From a virus: a DNA stretch of 20,276 bases. The notes under the pieces are model-generated. The model did not search any database. It was not told where the DNA came from and was given only the letters and a program-made list of their open reading frames with translations. The stretch lies in UHGV virus genome UHGV-1757948. One strand, written 5' to 3'. Position 1 is the stretch's first letter. Every line of letters begins with the position of its first letter. Made by a program: the position numbers and the translations under genes. This document shows positions 16,163 to 20,276 of this stretch, one piece after another.

Positions 16163-16368
16163 TTGCCGTATGTTTTTGTTTTCTTGGGTTTGTAACTATC
16201 GGTTTCTTCGTCCCACTCCACGCAGTCGGGGCAGTAGAGTTTGCCGTCGATTTCTTCCCAATCGCACATCTTCGCCATATACCTTGCCATACCTTCACTA
16301 AATTCATAGCCATGCTTACTTCCGCACCCGTCGCACACGGCTTGGTACATCGTCACTTTCTGTTTCAT
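16159..16368 (-). CDS. Small zinc-finger protein (CDGC...CPDC)
   Basis: A 69-aa protein with two CxxC pairs. Its stop overlaps the radical-SAM gene start (ATGA). Confidence 0.5.
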   Translation of the reverse strand: MKQKVTMYQAVCDGCGSKHGYEFSEGMARYMAKMCDWEEIDGKLYCPDCVEWDEETDSYKPKKTKTYGK

Positions 16369-16370
16369 AA

Positions 16371-16652
16371 TCAGTAATATCTTATTACATCTTGATTCAT
16401 TAAAGCTTTCATAAAAGACTCCTTTTCTTCATCTGTGGCTTTCCTTACATTCGCACCCCAACAGAAGTTTCCCCATCCCGTACTTTTCTTGATTATACCG
16501 TCATTCCATCCAATCAAAATGCCGTATCCGTCACCATCTACATATCCGTTATGGATGAATACCCTTTGATTTTCGGGGTGGTATTTCGCAGATTCTTCAT
16601 TTGTTGGAATTCCATATAGGAACTCACCCACGTTATATTCACTTCTTTTCAT
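16371..16652 (-). CDS. Hypothetical protein (93 aa)
   Basis: An ORF in the coupled operon, overlapped by the upstream gene stop (ATGA at 16649-16652). Confidence 0.5.
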   Translation of the reverse strand: MKRSEYNVGEFLYGIPTNEESAKYHPENQRVFIHNGYVDGDGYGILIGWNDGIIKKSTGWGNFCWGANVRKATDEEKESFMKALMNQDVIRYY

Positions 16653-16855
16653 ATCTTTACATATTGGCTACACGCCTGTTGGTTGCACTTAACTTTCTGT
16701 AAACAATTGAACGTGCGGTTACTCTTGCGCACACGGCAGTAGGATATTACTTTGCTTCCACATTCCCACCGCTGGCGGTGAATACAAGTGCGGCACGTTT
16801 CTAAGGTTGATTCTTGCGGCTGAATGGTGTCAGCATTGCTAAATAAATCACTCAT
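16649..16855 (-). CDS. Small Cys-rich protein (68 aa)
   Basis: CRTCIHRQRWEC...CRV...C..C motifs. Both ends overlap the neighbouring genes by 4 nt. Confidence 0.5.
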   Translation of the reverse strand: MSDLFSNADTIQPQESTLETCRTCIHRQRWECGSKVISYCRVRKSNRTFNCLQKVKCNQQACSQYVKI

Positions 16856-17673
16856 AGCAGATCCTTTGCTTCTTCAATCAGGTCACCAAATGTGTCTAAG
16901 AACTGGTCGCGGACTTCGGGGGTGGGGAAAGCCAATATCCGGCTCACCGTCCAATAAGAGTTCTTTTCTTTCTTATTTGCTTTGTAACTAATGCAATATT
17001 TCATTTTATCATCCGTCCAATACGGCTTCCACCCCAATTGCTTCCACCAGGCGTTGCGGCAGACGAGAAGCTGGCAGAGGGCGAGCATGGGCTTGCCGAG
17101 ACCTTGCGGCAACATGTTTCTGTCGCTATCACCAAACAGACGTCCGTCATCGGACAATTCGCTTATACTGCATTTATAAACTTCGCTATCTTCTTCTATC
17201 AATTCCACGTCATTGATGCTACACAGGCATTTCAGCCACGTCTTGGGCAACCCTTTCTTCTTCTCTTTCAGCACGATGTTGCCTCGTTCGTCCAGGTGGT
17301 CGAACTCCCAGCCGTCGGGGACTGTAATTGTCTTTTCGTTTGTTTCCATATCTTCTTTGTTTTGTTGTTTAACTTCGATGTCTACGGTGTTGTTGACTGC
17401 GTTGTAGTATGCGAACGGTTCTTTGGACAGGACAACAGGGAATTTCACTCCTGCATACCGCTGCACAATGTGGTCGTAAAGAGGGTAAGGGTCGCCGACG
17501 GGTTCGAGCTTCTTGCATTTCGCTTTCACCCAACAATCTCTATTTCCATAGAAACTTGCACAATTTAAATCTTTAAATGATGCACAATCTTTGCAATAAT
17601 CATACATATCATCTTTCACGCACTGGTACCACTCTCCGTTGTGCTCAAATATCTCTCCTATCTTCCGTTCCAT
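16852..17673 (-). CDS. Hypothetical protein with a Cys-rich N-terminus (273 aa)
   Basis: CKDCASFKDLNCASFYGNRDCWVKAKC cluster near the N-terminus. The start follows the upstream stop by 2 nt (TAGctATG). Confidence 0.55.
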   Translation of the reverse strand: MERKIGEIFEHNGEWYQCVKDDMYDYCKDCASFKDLNCASFYGNRDCWVKAKCKKLEPVGDPYPLYDHIVQRYAGVKFPVVLSKEPFAYYNAVNNTVDIEVKQQNKEDMETNEKTITVPDGWEFDHLDERGNIVLKEKKKGLPKTWLKCLCSINDVELIEEDSEVYKCSISELSDDGRLFGDSDRNMLPQGLGKPMLALCQLLVCRNAWWKQLGWKPYWTDDKMKYCISYKANKKEKNSYWTVSRILAFPTPEVRDQFLDTFGDLIEEAKDLL

Positions 17674-17675
17674 AG

Positions 17676-18230
17676 CTATTCTTGTTCTTGTTCGTTGTTT
17701 TCTTGCTTGTCATCTTCCTCTTCCTCATTGTCGGACATGAAGTAGGCCACGTCGTCAAAGGGGATGTTCTTGCGCTCCTTTTCGATTTTCACCGCCAAAA
17801 CATTTTTGAGGATGAAGTCTTTGAGGTCGGTGTAGTCGGAGGGGATGTAGCCGTTTTCCAAAATACGGATGTAAGCGTCGTCAATGTACTTGTCGATGTC
17901 GATGCGCGGGTGTTCCTCGGCAAGCTCTTTCTTGGCTCGGATAAGGCCGAGCAGGAGGGCATTCTTCTTTGCGCGGTAAGCCTTGTTCTTGGATATGTAG
18001 CGTATGTCTGCTATCTCGCGGTGCGACTCGATGGCGCACTCTATCCTCGCCTCGGATATGGCGCATTTGACACCGCTCTTCTTTTGGAGGTAATAGTGCC
18101 AAATTCCCCTGTCCTTATGCAGGCTTCGGGTGAGCAGCCTCGCACAGGCTATCCGTCCGTTGTGGAAGCGGACGAACAGGTGGTGAGGAAAGTCGCTGTC
18201 CGTGAAGACTTGTGCCTTTAATTGTTTCAT
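17676..18230 (-). CDS. Hypothetical protein with a basic core and acidic C-terminal tail (184 aa)
   Basis: An ORF in the operon with an acidic tail (DNEEEEDDKQENNEQEQE). Its junction sequence matches that of the following gene. Confidence 0.55.
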   Translation of the reverse strand: MKQLKAQVFTDSDFPHHLFVRFHNGRIACARLLTRSLHKDRGIWHYYLQKKSGVKCAISEARIECAIESHREIADIRYISKNKAYRAKKNALLLGLIRAKKELAEEHPRIDIDKYIDDAYIRILENGYIPSDYTDLKDFILKNVLAVKIEKERKNIPFDDVAYFMSDNEEEEDDKQENNEQEQE

Positions 18231-18232
18231 AG

Positions 18233-18664
18233 CTATTCTGCCTTTGAGTTTTTGAAAATGTCACGTATCTGCCCGGCTACCTTTTCGGCTGCCTCACGGG
18301 TGCGGAAGTAGTTGCCTACGTCATGCAACACCATGTCAGACCGTTCTCCATAGTCCTTATATTGGAGGGTTGTAAAGTCATTGTTCACAATGTAATACAG
18401 ACCACCTTTCTCCGCCCTCCACCTCGGCAAGTCCTCGATGCACTTCTTCTCGGCGTTCCACCGCTTGCCCTGTTTGGCGAGAGCGTCGAAGAGGCGTCGC
18501 TTCTCTGCTTCGGTGGCGGGGTGGTAATAGTCGGTATACCCCCAACCTTCCTCACTGAAAACCGTTTGAAGACGTTGCCCGTGAAGTGCTGCGTAAGTCA
18601 TAATGCCTCCAATCTTATTAGTCCCGGCATAGATGGCGATTGTATCCATACCGTTAAATTTCAC
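18233..18664 (-). CDS. Hypothetical protein (143 aa; apparent GTG start, alternative internal ATG)
   Basis: An ORF with coding-like composition on the operon strand. Confidence 0.5.
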   Translation of the reverse strand: MKFNGMDTIAIYAGTNKIGGIMTYAALHGQRLQTVFSEEGWGYTDYYHPATEAEKRRLFDALAKQGKRWNAEKKCIEDLPRWRAEKGGLYYIVNNDFTTLQYKDYGERSDMVLHDVGNYFRTREAAEKVAGQIRDIFKNSKAE

Positions 18665-18788
18665 CGTCTTTCGGCATGTAGCTCTTTACCAATCCAACGG
18701 TGACATTGAGTGTACCGTTGTCAACTTTAGCGTCAATTGTTCCCACTCTCGCGCCTTTCGGCAGCGTAATCCTGTATGTCTTTTTCAT
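18655..18788 (-). CDS. Small hypothetical protein (44 aa)
   Basis: The translation is MKKTYRITLPKGARVGTIDAKVDNGTLNVTVGLVKSYMPKDGEI. It fills the gap upstream of 18233..18664 and is too short for the ORF track. Confidence 0.25.
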
Positions 18789-18958
18789 TTTCACTATTCT
18801 TTTAATTTACATTAACTAACTATCCCTACCCCACTTCCACGCGGATATAAGGGCTCGGTAGACCATCTGCTTCTCATCCCTGTCGCAGAAGTCGAACGAT
18901 GCCGCCAGCTTAACGAGCCACAAGGAAGACGATGGGTGTGCTGTCTGTGTCATGTCAA

Positions 18959-19675
18959 TCAGTCCTCCCTCACTTCTATAGGCTCACCGTCAACTAACTT
19001 ATACCAAGTGTCGGACTTTATTGTCTCTCCGTCTACCTTGAATGCCTTGACATCCTTTATAGGATACGTTTCTCCGTTCCAACTGTCACGTTCCGTAAGG
19101 ACTATCCAGCAGCCGAGAGCACCTTTCGCCTTGCTGCCCTTGCCTGTCACTATGGCAACAGAATCCTTACCATCAACACTTGCGGCGGAGCAGTCGCCCG
19201 TGTTGGTGGCGGCTGACCTGTAGCCCGTGTTGGTAGCAGCGGAGCAGTCGCCCGTGTTGGTGGCGGCGGAGCAGTTGCCCGTGTTGGTGGCGGCTGACCA
19301 GTCGCCCGTGTTCGATTGTTTATTATCATCCCATTTTACATGGTCCATGATGAACTTGACTCCTGCTTTAATCAGTCCCTGTAAGCCTATTTCGGCTTTG
19401 ATTTTCAAATGGGTACAACATATTTTATCAGGTTTAGACTTGTCAAAATCACCGCTGCCTTCAACTTCACAAAACCTGTTCGGTGTTCCCGTTTCGTCGC
19501 ACGGAGCGTAAAAGCCCAGCACATCCATAGGGCATTCGCAATAATGGAAACCGGTATTGCAGGCGACCGCCTTGTCTGTTGAATACTCCTTGCCGACTTC
19601 GTACTGGAAGCCGCGGCACTTCAGGTCTTTGTCAAAACCTTTATAGCCATGAATCGTTTCTGTCTCTTTTTTCAT
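18959..19675 (-). CDS. Hypothetical protein with a Cys/His-rich N-terminal domain and a central 9-aa tandem repeat (SAATNTGxC x5)
   Basis: The N-terminus (GFQYEVGKEY...CNTGFHYCECPMDVLGFYAPCD...CCTHL) looks like a metal-binding module. The middle of the protein is encoded by a 27-bp tandem repeat. Confidence 0.6.
   Translation of the reverse strand: MKKETETIHGYKGFDKDLKCRGFQYEVGKEYSTDKAVACNTGFHYCECPMDVLGFYAPCDETGTPNRFCEVEGSGDFDKSKPDKICCTHLKIKAEIGLQGLIKAGVKFIMDHVKWDDNKQSNTGDWSAATNTGNCSAATNTGDCSAATNTGYRSAATNTGDCSAASVDGKDSVAIVTGKGSKAKGALGCWIVLTERDSWNGETYPIKDVKAFKVDGETIKSDTWYKLVDGEPIEVRED
19185..19319. repeat. 27-bp in-frame tandem repeat, ~5 copies
   Basis: Units at 19185-19211 and 19239-19265 are identical. 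The unit at 19266-19292 differs by 1 nt, and those at 19212-19238 and 19293-19319 are diverged. There are no spacers, so this is not a CRISPR array. Confidence 0.8.
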
Positions 19676-19687
19676 AGTTTTGAATTT

Positions 19688-19870
19688 TCATTTGTTACGC
19701 AACTGTATGAAGCCGTCGGCTTCGTATTTTTTCAGTTCGGCAAGTCCGTCATCCGTAACGGTGACGATATTCTCTCCGTTTACCGTCATGCCTTCTACGA
19801 TGCCGAACCGCTGCCGGATATTGTCTATGATGCGGGCGTTCTCCGTCACCCAGTAGATTGTAATTCTCAT
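19688..19870 (-). CDS. Small hypothetical protein (60 aa; start at MRITIYW)
   Basis: The ATG at 19870 is preceded by AGGAGtcaatATG. The longer track ORF (start 19978) would overlap the methyltransferase gene and lacks an RBS. Confidence 0.4.
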   Translation of the reverse strand: MRITIYWVTENARIIDNIRQRFGIVEGMTVNGENIVTVTDDGLAELKKYEADGFIQLRNK

Positions 19871-19958
19871 ATTGACTCCTGTTCTTCGTTTTCTACTTGC
19901 GCTATCGCGCGGAATATCTCGTAAACAACCTGTGGCACCATTGCGTTGCCCAACGCCT

Positions 19959-20276
19959 TTATGGATTCTGCCCGCCATCGAGGAAAGGTGATACCAGCCA
20001 GTCTGCCGGGAAACCCATCATCTCCTGTACAAACAAGGGATTGAGTCGGGAAGTCGCGCCATCGGCTTGCGGGCAGTTCTTCATAATTTCCGCCACAAGC
20101 CCGTGCCTGTTCTTCTGTGACGGTGGGAATGTGGAGTTTTTCCCGTTGGTCGCCTCCGGTGTCGGAAGCAGTCCGTGGAAATCCATGTAATCCATCAGAC
20201 CGTTCGGTCTTGTCTCCCCGTTCGCCCTGCTGTGGAACGTGTCGCCGCCCGCCGCCTTCAAATCCTTTACCCTCCC
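19959..20276 (-). CDS. DNA methyltransferase, C-terminal fragment (phage Dcm-like tail); the gene continues beyond the window
   Basis: The reading frame is open to the window edge. LLPTPEATNGKN and SRLNPLFVQEMMGFPADW match the LLPTPxAxDG / NPxFVEWLMGFPxGW motifs found at the C-termini of phage C5-cytosine DNA methyltransferases. Confidence 0.55.
   Translation of the reverse strand, partial: GRVKDLKAAGGDTFHSRANGETRPNGLMDYMDFHGLLPTPEATNGKNSTFPPSQKNRHGLVAEIMKNCPQADGATSRLNPLFVQEMMGFPADWLVSPFLDGGQNP

Noticed and set aside
19185-19319. CRISPR array.
   Set aside because: The repeats are directly tandem (27-bp period) with no spacers. They lie in-frame inside a coding region. No cas genes are present.
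19897-20190. Plus-strand 97-aa ORF overlapping the methyltransferase fragment.
   Set aside because: It is antisense to a frame carrying conserved methyltransferase C-terminal motifs. It has no RBS and its translation is low-complexity.
1-20276. Integrase, attL/attR or tRNA integration site.
   Set aside because: No tyrosine- or serine-recombinase-like ORF, no tRNA-like sequence and no obvious long direct repeats were seen. The window appears to be internal to the phage genome.

Overview
Mosaic phage or prophage segment with two convergent transcription units that meet at ~11.0 kb.

Left half (+ strand) is a late-gene block:
- A very large tail-fibre/host-specificity protein, open to the window edge.
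- Three further tail-fibre or receptor-binding proteins in a low-GC cassette (~4340-6660).
- A lysis cassette: two small holin-like membrane proteins, a signal-anchored protein and an Amidase_3-type endolysin.
- A low-GC accessory island (~8.5-11.0 kb) carrying an unknown 209-aa protein, a fused XRE-HTH/ImmA-IrrE metallopeptidase regulator and a lipoprotein.

Right half (- strand, 11.0-20.3 kb) is a tightly packed, translationally coupled early-type operon. Many gene junctions are ATGA overlaps. It encodes:
- The C-terminus of a DNA methyltransferase.
- A protein with an in-frame 27-bp tandem repeat.
- Numerous small Cys-rich (zinc-ribbon-like) proteins.
- An AT-rich RlmN/Cfr-family radical-SAM methyltransferase, the most unusual gene in the window.
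- A PAPS-reductase/PP-loop ATPase family protein.
- YopX-like and MazG-like proteins.

Core genes carry strong AGGAGG Shine-Dalgarno sites, suggesting a Firmicutes-like host. GC content swings between ~38% and ~58% from gene to gene, indicating extensive modular exchange. No rRNA, tRNA, CRISPR, integrase or obvious att site was seen.
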